A stretch of DNA of 64,000 nucleotides from Candidatus Kerfeldbacteria bacterium (GTDB lineage: Bacteria > Patescibacteriota > Patescibacteriia > UBA10025 > JAHIVO01): contig JACROE010000002.1 of NCBI GenBank assembly GCA_016214565.1, forward strand, positions 212,584 to 276,583. Reading direction: 5' to 3'. The position numbers were made by a program, and so were the translations under genes. Of this stretch, positions 46,638 through 55,464 are shown one piece after another. The notes below the pieces were generated by a model that saw nothing but the letters and a program-made list of their open reading frames with translations, was not told the origin of the DNA and ran no database searches. Every line of letters begins with the position of its first letter. The stretch's first letter is position 1.

Positions 46638-48050
46638 TCAAAAAGTCATAGTACGCAGCACGGCGCAGGTTGGCGTAGTCGCATCTTGCCAGACATAATC
46701 AGGAAATTGGCCAGGATTATTCTTTGACTGAATAATCTTTTCGTAGGCAGCCTGGACTTTGCCCACGTAATTCCTGGTTTCCGCGTAGCCAGGATTCTCC
46801 ACGCACTCCCACCAGGTTTGACCCGGACACGTCACACTCGAACAATTTGCGCCAACTCCGCCATTATAGGCCGCGTTCGCGTATTTATGATCACCATTTT
46901 TACACTGTGTTTGCTCTGGAAAGCACGAAGCTTTTTTCCCACTTTTATAGGTGGCTGACTTGGGGCACGTGCCATTCAACAAATCCCGATACAACTGTGC
47001 GGCAATGTTTATATTAGTCGCTGGATTGAGTAGCTGCTCACAGGTTATCCCGCCTGAATATTTCGCTGCGGTAGATGGCATCAATTGAATGAGTCCACAG
47101 GCGCCAACGGACGATTTTGCCTTTGGGTTACCCGATGACTCGACCAGCATCAGCGCCTTGAGCCAATCACGATCAATGCCGATATTTGCCGCTTCGGCAG
47201 TCAAACAATTATCAAAGGTACTGGTATTTGCGGTTACGGCAAACCCACTTGAAGTTTTTTCCGGCGTTTCTTTGATTTCAAATTCTCGAATCGGAAATTG
47301 TCGTTCAATTTTAATCCCATCAAACTTGACTAAATTTGGATTGATCGTCAAAAGTATGGTATACGAGGCAACCGCAATCAGCAGCCCAATCAGCGCACTG
47401 GAAATAGTCTCTTTGGCGCTCTGAATCTGCGATTGATTGCCAAAAGAGATAATATAGCGGAACCCGCCGTACATCACAAAAACGGTGGAAAGAATACCAG
47501 CCACGCTCACCAGAAATACATAGAGTGCAATAATATATTCCCCGAGTGTCGCACCCGTGATAACGACAGTCCTCCCCTCGTTAAAAATGCTGGAAAATGG
47601 AATAGAGACTTGCGGAATAAACGAAACGAGTCGACGAGGATTATCCTCAGGTGTCGTTTGAGTTTCGCCTCTCCACTGAATACATTGGTCAATTTCAGTG
47701 CAGACCTCTCCGCTTGCGTTGCACACCGTGGCAGCGCAACCCTGCGGCTCATCTGGTTTGACGACAAAACATTGCCCTTCGATTCCCTCATGCGGTGGAC
47801 AGACACAGCAGCGCACGGTCGCGGTCGGCCTTTGCCGACAAGTACTAATCTGATCACAGGGCTGAGATTGCATGACATAACCAAATGCCTCACATTGAGC
47901 AGTCTCTGGATTGGTATGTGAATAGCATTCACCTGGACCTTTGACACAGCATCGTTCAGTTTCAGGCAACCCTTGAGCGCTGACTACACTCGGAGCCACA
48001 ACAAATAACCCCGCTCCGATGATTATCAGCGTGAAAAGATATCGTCGCAT
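46638..48050 (-). CDS. Secreted Cys-rich protein with VirB2/TrbC-pilin-like hydrophobic hairpin module and C-terminal lytic transglycosylase (SLT) domain
   Basis: Signal peptide. Cys-rich 130 aa. Hydrophobic hairpin AGILSTVFVMYGGFRYIISFGNQSQIQSAKETISSALIGLL. SLT motif LMLVESSGNPKAKSSVGACGLIQLMPSTA. Confidence 0.65.
   Translation of the reverse strand: MRRYLFTLIIIGAGLFVVAPSVVSAQGLPETERCCVKGPGECYSHTNPETAQCEAFGYVMQSQPCDQISTCRQRPTATVRCCVCPPHEGIEGQCFVVKPDEPQGCAATVCNASGEVCTEIDQCIQWRGETQTTPEDNPRRLVSFIPQVSIPFSSIFNEGRTVVITGATLGEYIIALYVFLVSVAGILSTVFVMYGGFRYIISFGNQSQIQSAKETISSALIGLLIAVASYTILLTINPNLVKFDGIKIERQFPIREFEIKETPEKTSSGFAVTANTSTFDNCLTAEAANIGIDRDWLKALMLVESSGNPKAKSSVGACGLIQLMPSTAAKYSGGITCEQLLNPATNINIAAQLYRDLLNGTCPKSATYKSGKKASCFPEQTQCKNGDHKYANAAYNGGVGANCSSVTCPGQTWWECVENPGYAETRNYVGKVQAAYEKIIQSKNNPGQFPDYVWQDATTPTCAVLRTMTF
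47316..47558 (-). repeat. Paralogous module copy 1 (approx. 240 bp, approx. 80% nt identity to 49970-50212)
   Basis: Encodes the shared FVMYGGFRY(I/V)ISFGNQSQIQSAKETISSALIGLL segment. DNA similarity is visible directly (ggaaatagtctctttggcgctctgaatctgcgattgattgccaaa vs ggaaatcgtttctttggcactctgaatctgtgactgattgccaaa). Confidence 0.75.
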
Positions 48051-48052
48051 AA

Positions 48053-49318
48053 CTATGGCAATTGGATAGTGTACACGTTTCCGGTATTGGCGTCGGTAAA
48101 GTATAACCGATTGTCATCATTGGAAACCACTAAATTCACAACGGTATACTCCTTGTTGCCAGTCGAGAGCGTGGGCAAAGCAACCAGGGTGCGCAAGCCT
48201 GAGTTAGTATCTATTTTATAAATTAAGTCATTGGTATTAGTAGCAGCTGATGGGACTATCCCAGTACCTTCAGGCAAAAATTTTGGTACCGCACAATAAA
48301 CAAATGACTCGCTATGCGTGAATGAACATTTTGACGACCATGTTTGTAATCCTAATTCAATGGTATTGCCTCCCGTAGTATCCCCACTCGCATCAACCAG
48401 AAATAACTCAGGGTTATAGCGAGAGCTGGCATTATAGGTACTGTACAGTAATTGTTTGCCGTCGGGTGACCAAGTGCCTTCGAAGCCACGCCCGGTGGTG
48501 GTGATTGATTTGAAATTTTCTCCCTGGGTGCCAATCAAAAATATTTCCTGACTAGTTCCATTTTGCGCCTCACGGAAAGTAGCTACCACTTGGCTCGAGG
48601 GAGACCAATTAATATCAACGTTTTGGCTCTGGTCGCCGAGCGGTTCAATCGCCTCGACCTGAGAACCGTCGGAATTGGAAATCGCTAGCCAGCGCTCATC
48701 CTCGATGTCTGACTCATTTTTAAAGCCTAATTTCTGGCCATTGGGAGAAAATTCAACGTCATTCCAGGTGCGCGGAATCGTCAGCTGATTATGCAAATCA
48801 AAATCGTAGATGATTTTCGTGTCATCGGGAAACGTAATCAACGCTTTATTTTCAACTGGTGACCACTCAATCGTATCGGCCTGGGGGAATATTTGATCGG
48901 AGAGTGCAACTTGCTTACCTAGTGCATCAAGCATAAAAAACTGCCCGGTATCTTTATCGTAAAAACGAATCCCGTTGCCGTCCGGGGTCGTATTCACGCC
49001 AAGGGCATTGGCTCGCGCCACAATATCAGCAATAGTTTCACCTCCCTGAGCTACCGGGCTTGGCCCGGTATTCGTATTGGCCGCTGGTGCGGTATTCGTG
49101 AAGCGATTTGTATTTGTGACGTTGGTAGGAGGAATATTTACTGCGCCATTAGAGTTTGGCAATACGCCACCATTCGTTACTTGATTCGTATTCTGGTTTG
49201 CATTATCATTTCCATTTCCCGAGGTAAAAATGTCGCGCAAAAAAACAAAATATATCAGCGCGCCAAACACGATGACAATCAAGATAAAGAGCGTAATGAA
49301 TAATAGTCGTCGATTCAT
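48053..49318 (-). CDS. TolB-like beta-propeller protein (PD40/WD40-like repeats), membrane-anchored
   Basis: N-terminal TM. PD40-type blades (WSPDGKQLLYST, FSPNGQKLGF, INWSPSSQVVATF). 421 aa. Confidence 0.6.
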   Translation of the reverse strand: MNRRLLFITLFILIVIVFGALIYFVFLRDIFTSGNGNDNANQNTNQVTNGGVLPNSNGAVNIPPTNVTNTNRFTNTAPAANTNTGPSPVAQGGETIADIVARANALGVNTTPDGNGIRFYDKDTGQFFMLDALGKQVALSDQIFPQADTIEWSPVENKALITFPDDTKIIYDFDLHNQLTIPRTWNDVEFSPNGQKLGFKNESDIEDERWLAISNSDGSQVEAIEPLGDQSQNVDINWSPSSQVVATFREAQNGTSQEIFLIGTQGENFKSITTTGRGFEGTWSPDGKQLLYSTYNASSRYNPELFLVDASGDTTGGNTIELGLQTWSSKCSFTHSESFVYCAVPKFLPEGTGIVPSAATNTNDLIYKIDTNSGLRTLVALPTLSTGNKEYTVVNLVVSNDDNRLYFTDANTGNVYTIQLP

Positions 49319-49324
49319 AGTTTC

Positions 49325-50404
49325 TTATTGACAAAAATACTGCACGAATCCGCCCACGATACTCTGGTCAGGCGGACGAATATCACCGGGGCCAAAAAAA
49401 TTAAACCTGGCTTGGGGCATAATGACACATGATTTCCCCTCTTCACATACTTTGCCAATCAGCAAATTATGAGGAACTGTTTTTTCCTTAATCATCCCAC
49501 AGTCAAGATCGTTTAAAATATGCGCATTATAAATAAGATTATCAGTAGGATTTAATATCGGCCATTGATCAATGCATTCAAATGTAGACTTGCCATCTTC
49601 CTCCACGGCAGCACACACCTTATTTTCCCCACACGTAATACCAATACACTCATCCGTTTGTCCTTCATGCCAAATGAACCCGCAGGTTTGAAACAATTTC
49701 TCCTTGCAAACTTTACGATCCCCATAACTCAAAACGCAACCATATGTTTTTTCTCGGCCGTCATCAGCAATGACCTGACAGGTTTCCCCGTCAGTGCAAT
49801 TTGAGCCCTTATACACACACTGTTTACTGTCTGCGCTCTCAATCACCCCCGTACGTTCGACGGTTCCGACGTCACCACAGTTCACCGAGCCCTCAACTTT
49901 CGGCGTTGCGGTTCCCTCTCGATCCTCGCACCAACCCGCTCCAAATTCTGCGATCGGAGTAAAATCAATCACATCAAAACGAGTCAAATTCGGATTGATA
50001 AAATACAGTATGGTGTATGAACTGACCACCAATAATAACCCAATCAATGCGCTGGAAATCGTTTCTTTGGCACTCTGAATCTGTGACTGATTGCCAAATG
50101 ATATGACATACCGAAATCCTCCATACATAACGAAAACCGTGGTCAAGATACCAGCCACCCCCGCAAAATACCGATAAATGCCGACAATGTAGCAGCCAAG
50201 ATTTTTTATGTAGTGCCCACCGTCATGATTAACGGTCACTCCGGGTATTTCAATACTGAGCTTAATTGCCTTGGTAAAATCAGTTATGGCGCATGGATCA
50301 GTCTGATTGGCTCCTTGGGCAAATGTAGTCAATGGCACAATGACCATCGCGGTTACGATAGCTATCCTGAAAACAATGCGATGTGATTTGAGCCAACGAA
50401 CCAT
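49325..50404 (-). CDS. Secreted Cys-rich protein carrying the same VirB2/TrbC-pilin-like hydrophobic hairpin module (paralog of the 46638-48050 N-region)
   Basis: Signal peptide (TTFA/QGA). AGVAGILTTVFVMYGGFRYVISFGNQSQIQSAKETISSALIGLL. Cys-rich C-terminal domain. 359 aa. Confidence 0.65.
   Translation of the reverse strand: MVRWLKSHRIVFRIAIVTAMVIVPLTTFAQGANQTDPCAITDFTKAIKLSIEIPGVTVNHDGGHYIKNLGCYIVGIYRYFAGVAGILTTVFVMYGGFRYVISFGNQSQIQSAKETISSALIGLLLVVSSYTILYFINPNLTRFDVIDFTPIAEFGAGWCEDREGTATPKVEGSVNCGDVGTVERTGVIESADSKQCVYKGSNCTDGETCQVIADDGREKTYGCVLSYGDRKVCKEKLFQTCGFIWHEGQTDECIGITCGENKVCAAVEEDGKSTFECIDQWPILNPTDNLIYNAHILNDLDCGMIKEKTVPHNLLIGKVCEEGKSCVIMPQARFNFFGPGDIRPPDQSIVGGFVQYFCQ
49970..50212 (-). 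repeat. Paralogous module copy 2 (see 47316-47558)
   Basis: Near-identical 45-aa core and approx. 80% nucleotide identity to copy 1. Confidence 0.75.
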
Positions 50405-50419
50405 AACTTAAAAGGGAGA

Positions 50420-51073
50420 CTACAATTGATTAATCAAGTCCTCGGGTGATACAACACTATTCGTGGGGGATGATTCCGGTGCTGCAATACCCTTCTCCTG
50501 CCATGAAGCAGTATCCACGAGCCACCCCTCCCCTTCATAGGCTAATCTCAGAATAATATCCTGATAGTATATATCCTGACTTTCCGTCGTATCACCAGTT
50601 TCGATCCGCTGAGTGGATAATCGAATAGTCGCATTGCCACTGTCCTGAGCGGTAATTGACGTGCTCAGCACTTTAGTCACCACCTCGGTGAATGCCCCGC
50701 TGGTGGCCTGGCTCGACTGCCGTCGCACAAAATCATCTGCCGATTGCTGCATCCGAGCGGTCATATACGGCTTCAGATTAGTAATATTCACAAATTCTGA
50801 TTCTGAGGTATAGCTCCCATACCGCTCAGTAAAAAATTGGGCCAAGCGTGTCGCATCCACGGTCACCGGATCCACCGCCGTCCCCGGATTGGTATTTACA
50901 TTCGTGGTCACGTCGACCACTGCCACATTCGCCGCTTGATTTGTCGTATTCGTCGGCGTCACGGCATCATCGGCCGACTGAAAATAAAACCAAGCCAATA
51001 CCCCCAGTAACACCACGATGGCACCGCCTGCTATCAAGAGATACTGGCGCTGAGTTAAGTTGATTCGTGCCAT
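50420..51073 (-). CDS. Membrane-anchored protein, possibly VirB8-like (NTF2-like periplasmic domain)
   Basis: N-terminal TM (LLIAGGAIVVLLGVLAWFYF). Thr/Asn-rich linker. approx. 120-aa C-terminal globular domain. Position between the VirB4-like and pilin-like genes. Confidence 0.3.
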   Translation of the reverse strand: MARINLTQRQYLLIAGGAIVVLLGVLAWFYFQSADDAVTPTNTTNQAANVAVVDVTTNVNTNPGTAVDPVTVDATRLAQFFTERYGSYTSESEFVNITNLKPYMTARMQQSADDFVRRQSSQATSGAFTEVVTKVLSTSITAQDSGNATIRLSTQRIETGDTTESQDIYYQDIILRLAYEGEGWLVDTASWQEKGIAAPESSPTNSVVSPEDLINQL

Positions 51074-51104
51074 AAAATATATAGATTAACCTTTAATAAT
51101 TGAC

Positions 51105-53003
51105 TTAGGCCGATGCCTCGGCTCCTTCGCGCTGCGAAGCGACAAACTCGCGTTTGGCCTGCTCTATTTCCAGCAACTGGCGCGGATCAGAGGTAATGAT
51201 CTGATCCTCCGTGTATGAAGCAACCACTTTTATAGCGGCGTGCTTCGAGCCGGCAAAGAAAATGCCTTCACCCACCCCGCACTCAAGCAGGAGATATTTC
51301 TCTCCTTCGGTCAGCAGGAATGTCTTGGCAATCAGATCAATCGCCGCTGGTGACTGTTTCATCAGCAACTGAATCGCGGAGTTATTCACGATTGCCTGTC
51401 CATACGGCGATCGCAAAAAGTCATTCACGTCCTGGGTAATAGTCGTGACACCCAGGTAATATTTACGACATCGCTTCACCAGAGCAAAAATAAATTTCGC
51501 GGAATCTTCCTGCTGCATCAACCACCACGCTTCATCAATGACCATCAGGCGTTTCTTCAATTGGGAACGTACCGTATTCCAGATATAGGAAACGATCAAC
51601 TGGATACCGACGGGCTTCAATTCATCCTCAAGATCACGCACTGAGAACACCACTAACTGGTTATTCATTTCCACGTTGGTCGGGTTATTGAGTAAACCAG
51701 CAAACGTTCCTTCCGTATATTTCTTGAGGCGGGTCACCAATTGGTCAGCACCGACCATGCCCTCGAGCACTTCTTGGAAATCCTGGAAGAGCGGCGGTTC
51801 GACGCGAGTCAAATCTGTTTCTGCCGTAATATCTTTCTTGGCATAGGTCTCAATCAAAGCTCGATCAATGATGGAGTCTTCCTCGTGGGAAAATTGACCC
51901 AGCATCAGCCGAAGCAGACCCTTCAGAGTGATGACCGCCGACCGAATAATATCCGACGTTTTTTCATCCTTGCGCGTCGGCCGCGGCAAATCAAACGGAT
52001 TAATCTTACTCTCTGAACTCAATGAAATGTTAATATAGGTACCGCCCACGGCATCGGATAAGTATTTGTACTCCATTTCTGGATCAATCACGATGACGTC
52101 AGTGCCCAGCATCATGCTGCGCAATATTTCCAGCTTAACGGCGTAGCTTTTACCAGCACCGGAGGTGGCGAAAACCACCGAGTTCGCATTTTGCAGAGAA
52201 AATCGGTCAAATAATATAAGGCTATTGTTATGACGATTAATTCCGTACAGGATACCGTTGTCGCTGGTCAACTCGGACGAAATAAAAGGGAACGATGAGG
52301 CAACCGGCGAACTGGCCATATTGAAGGTGATATTCAATTCATCGGTCGCAAGCGGCAAGGTGGACATGAAGCCCTGCTCCGCTTGATAGAGCACCCGCTT
52401 GGTATACACCAGTCGCGAGCCAAACAGCGATTCAACTTTTTCCGTTATCTTATCCAGCTCATCTTTTTGTTGTGCGTACATGGTAATATACAGCGCGTAC
52501 TGGAAAAACCGTTCAATGCCCTGCGTCAGGTCATCGCGTAGCTTTTCAATATCACGAAGCGCCGTTTCACGGATCGGATCGCGGGGGGCACCTTTTTCCG
52601 CATCGGCTAATATTTGAGCTTCCAGGGCGCCCACTTTATTGCGCAATTGCTTCAAAATAATTTCCGAATTAACCGGATAGAAAAACATGGCAATGTCCAG
52701 TGGAACGTTCAGATTGATCACCGGCGCAAACCATCCGACACGGATATAGCGTGGATATGCCACAACAAATATGGTCCGGACAAACTGGGAGCCCAATTCC
52801 AGATAACGCGATTCAATCCTCATTGATGCCGGCGCAATCAAATCGCGCACCGTCACCACGCCGCGCCGATACGCTTTTTCTGATTCGAGGAGTGTCTTTT
52901 TTTCCTCAAGTTGTTCGCGCGCCAGCTGCTCCTTTTCCTGAGGAGTTAATTCGGGTGGTCGTTCAGTTGGGATGGATTGCGTAGCACGATAGAGTTCAAC
53001 CAT
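51105..53003 (-). CDS. virB4: VirB4/TrbE/CagE-family type IV secretion ATPase (C-terminal ATPase portion, 632 aa)
   Basis: Walker A VVFATSGAGKSYAVK. Walker B RLMVIDEAWWLM. DUF87/VirB4-type arrangement with conserved Arg/Gln residues in the C-terminal region. Confidence 0.8.
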   Translation of the reverse strand: MVELYRATQSIPTERPPELTPQEKEQLAREQLEEKKTLLESEKAYRRGVVTVRDLIAPASMRIESRYLELGSQFVRTIFVVAYPRYIRVGWFAPVINLNVPLDIAMFFYPVNSEIILKQLRNKVGALEAQILADAEKGAPRDPIRETALRDIEKLRDDLTQGIERFFQYALYITMYAQQKDELDKITEKVESLFGSRLVYTKRVLYQAEQGFMSTLPLATDELNITFNMASSPVASSFPFISSELTSDNGILYGINRHNNSLILFDRFSLQNANSVVFATSGAGKSYAVKLEILRSMMLGTDVIVIDPEMEYKYLSDAVGGTYINISLSSESKINPFDLPRPTRKDEKTSDIIRSAVITLKGLLRLMLGQFSHEEDSIIDRALIETYAKKDITAETDLTRVEPPLFQDFQEVLEGMVGADQLVTRLKKYTEGTFAGLLNNPTNVEMNNQLVVFSVRDLEDELKPVGIQLIVSYIWNTVRSQLKKRLMVIDEAWWLMQQEDSAKFIFALVKRCRKYYLGVTTITQDVNDFLRSPYGQAIVNNSAIQLLMKQSPAAIDLIAKTFLLTEGEKYLLLECGVGEGIFFAGSKHAAIKVVASYTEDQIITSDPRQLLEIEQAKREFVASQREGAEASA

Positions 53004-53004
53004 A

Positions 53005-53682
53005 CTATTCGATATTGAGTTTGCTCACGTCGACTAATTGTTGCTGGTCGTATGTGTCAGGGTTGTACGTATTATAATACAATTCGATCAAGCTCTGCGT
53101 GTCTAGCTGGACCGCTTTCAAACCAATCGAACTTAAACCGTCAATAATGTACTCAATGCGCTTCTGCATCTCAATCCGATTTTTCTCGAATTTCTTTTGT
53201 TTAATGGTGATAACGTTTGTTGGCGACAGCACCTCTTTCACTCGGCTAAAAAACCCCTTGGCTTTTATATTGCCGGCGGCGTACGGCACAACGATATAAA
53301 ATCGCTTGCTCATGATGTCTGCCAGTGAAACCAATTCCTGAATATACTGGCGATACTCCCGGGTTTGCACTTTGAGCAGCTCATTGGTCTGCTCTTTCTC
53401 AACCGTTTTCAGCCGCTCCAGGTAATCGTCAATATTTAGTTTCCGAGATTGAATCAATATTTGAAGGGGAAATTCTATCGTATTCAAAAATTGAACATAC
53501 CCTTGAATAACCGCATTTTGTTCGTCTTCAGATTTCAAAGCAAAATTGATCGACGAAACGAGTACAACTGCACGCAGCGTCCCATCTTTCAGGATAACCG
53601 TGTTATCCTTGATTTCAAGAATGCTCATGTATTGCTGAGTAGCGGCCGCGAGATTATTTTTACTGATTTTTTCTTCAGCCAT
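53005..53682 (-). CDS. Soluble 225-aa protein translationally coupled to virB4; candidate split-off VirB4 N-terminal domain
   Basis: 1-nt gap to the virB4 start. 225 + 632 = 857 aa, matching full-length Gram-positive VirB4 (e.g. approx. 800 aa). No TM. Confidence 0.35.
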   Translation of the reverse strand: MAEEKISKNNLAAATQQYMSILEIKDNTVILKDGTLRAVVLVSSINFALKSEDEQNAVIQGYVQFLNTIEFPLQILIQSRKLNIDDYLERLKTVEKEQTNELLKVQTREYRQYIQELVSLADIMSKRFYIVVPYAAGNIKAKGFFSRVKEVLSPTNVITIKQKKFEKNRIEMQKRIEYIIDGLSSIGLKAVQLDTQSLIELYYNTYNPDTYDQQQLVDVSKLNIE

Positions 53683-53687
53683 GATGA

Positions 53688-54119
53688 TTAATTATTTGGC
53701 TCAAGTCCTTCCTGATACGCCCCGCCTGTATCGACCACGAGCGATAACTCGGTCAATCGCGATTCAGTTAAGCGTTGCTTCTTGGAGGGAGGGGGCGGTG
53801 CGGGCTTTTCCTTCTCCTCTTTAACACTGCTATTATCATACTGCTTATGCCAGATGGTCAGGGTCGGCCGACGCAATGTTTGCATCATGTTTAATAAAAA
53901 ATGGTGAAACGGTCGCCCATTAATTTTCGCAAAAGCAAATACACCAGTCAGAGCAAAAATGAGTACGCCTTCAATGGCGGCCGCCCAAAAGTTGGCGAGT
54001 TTAAAAACAATAAAAATCATGCCGGCACCGATTAAAAAAGTGATGAACTGGCGCACCGTTAAGGGGCCAATAATTTTATTCTCAACATCGAGGAATTGAG
54101 GAACAATAAATTGCTGCAT
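53688..54119 (-). CDS. PrgI/VirB3-like small two-TM protein
   Basis: IIGPLTVRQFITFLIGAGMIFIVF, then a second TM (VLIFALTGVFAFA), as in PrgI-family proteins preceding VirB4. 143 aa. Confidence 0.55.
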   Translation of the reverse strand: MQQFIVPQFLDVENKIIGPLTVRQFITFLIGAGMIFIVFKLANFWAAAIEGVLIFALTGVFAFAKINGRPFHHFLLNMMQTLRRPTLTIWHKQYDNSSVKEEKEKPAPPPPSKKQRLTESRLTELSLVVDTGGAYQEGLEPNN

Positions 54120-54121
54120 AC

Positions 54122-55453
54122 CTAAGTGACGAGTCGCGCATTGAGCGCATTAATGGCAAAAAATTCTTCCGTCAAGAGAAATGGCTGCTGACTTTCGCGA
54201 CGTTTTCTCACAATCTCACCAATAGGCACATTCTGCTCCATGCTTTCTCGGCCAATCGCCAAGTACAGTGCAAAAAGAGGCGAAGTACGCCAGGCCTGAA
54301 CTGCTTGCATCCGCATTTCCCACGACTCCTCCTCCAGTAATTCAATTTTTTCATACACTTTATCCGCTGATTCTGAGGGATTGGTACCCAAGCGGCGGAA
54401 TTCCTGCAAATCAACTTGATGAATTTCTTCAACAGGTCCAACCACGCCCGCAGGCTGGCGGATGTCAATCATTTGTGGTTTGTCCGGACGCATCGTCTGA
54501 CGAATGCGCGGCATCGCCTGATCAGACTGACCATACAATTCATGAGCAGGCGCAACCGGCCGTGGTGTCTCGGAAATAGGTACAGCCGGACGAACTGGTG
54601 GTCGAGGAACTGGCGATACGATTGGCGCGGGCGGTATCGCCGCGGCGGGTGGCTTCATAGCTGCCAATGCAGCCGCCATATCAGCTGGCATGGTGGGTGT
54701 AACCGGCGAGACAGGTGCGGCACCGCCTGGGCGGGGTACAAAAGCAGGTGGAGCAGCCGCATACATACCCCGCTCTGGAGCAGGCTGCGACGCTGGTTTT
54801 TTAATCACTGGAGTTTGAGCGGCAGGCTTACCGTGGCGCATTGTGTCTGACTCAACCATGACCGATTCAATAACCGCAGTAGCCACTGGAGCAGCGAAAC
54901 CCAGCCCACCAATCTTCGTCTGCCGTTGCAGCACGTCTTCTACTTCGATGGCGCTGCGCAAACCACGGATGAAAGACTCAAGCACCTTCGCAAATCGTTT
55001 TTGCATCAGATCGCTATCAAATGTCAGATTGTGCTTGCGAATGACTCGTTCAACGACTGCGTCAACGGTTTGCGCAGGATCTGAGGCGGGCTGCGTCACC
55101 ATTTTCTGCAATTCAGCGGCATGCCGTTTAATCTCCTCTTCATCACTTTTATCAATAAATGCCGCGGGTGCCGGGCCTAAATCTTTAAGCGGCGGACTCG
55201 GGCGAAATGGCGTGGGTGAGGGAGTCGGCACTACCGACTTTGCTGCTGGCTGGGCAGCAACCGGTGTAGCAACGATTTTTGGCGTTGGCGAAACTGACGC
55301 GGGCTTTGGAGCTACTGCCGGAGGCGGTGGGGTGGGCAGCGAACCTGAATCTACATCAATTGATTCATTATGATGCACACGAGAAAAGGTGCCTCCTGGG
55401 TCTTTAACCAGGAAGCCGTCTTGCCACTCATTCATTAATTGATCATCAGCCAT
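54122..55453 (-). CDS. Pro/Ala-rich hypothetical protein (443 aa), no TM
   Basis: Long PxP tracts (PTPPPPAVAPKPASVSPTPK...; PPAAAIPPAPIVSPVPRPPVRPAVP) with a conserved-looking approx. 90-aa C-terminal domain. Confidence 0.6.
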   Translation of the reverse strand: MADDQLMNEWQDGFLVKDPGGTFSRVHHNESIDVDSGSLPTPPPPAVAPKPASVSPTPKIVATPVAAQPAAKSVVPTPSPTPFRPSPPLKDLGPAPAAFIDKSDEEEIKRHAAELQKMVTQPASDPAQTVDAVVERVIRKHNLTFDSDLMQKRFAKVLESFIRGLRSAIEVEDVLQRQTKIGGLGFAAPVATAVIESVMVESDTMRHGKPAAQTPVIKKPASQPAPERGMYAAAPPAFVPRPGGAAPVSPVTPTMPADMAAALAAMKPPAAAIPPAPIVSPVPRPPVRPAVPISETPRPVAPAHELYGQSDQAMPRIRQTMRPDKPQMIDIRQPAGVVGPVEEIHQVDLQEFRRLGTNPSESADKVYEKIELLEEESWEMRMQAVQAWRTSPLFALYLAIGRESMEQNVPIGEIVRKRRESQQPFLLTEEFFAINALNARLVT

Positions 55454-55464
55454 TGTTTGTTTTT

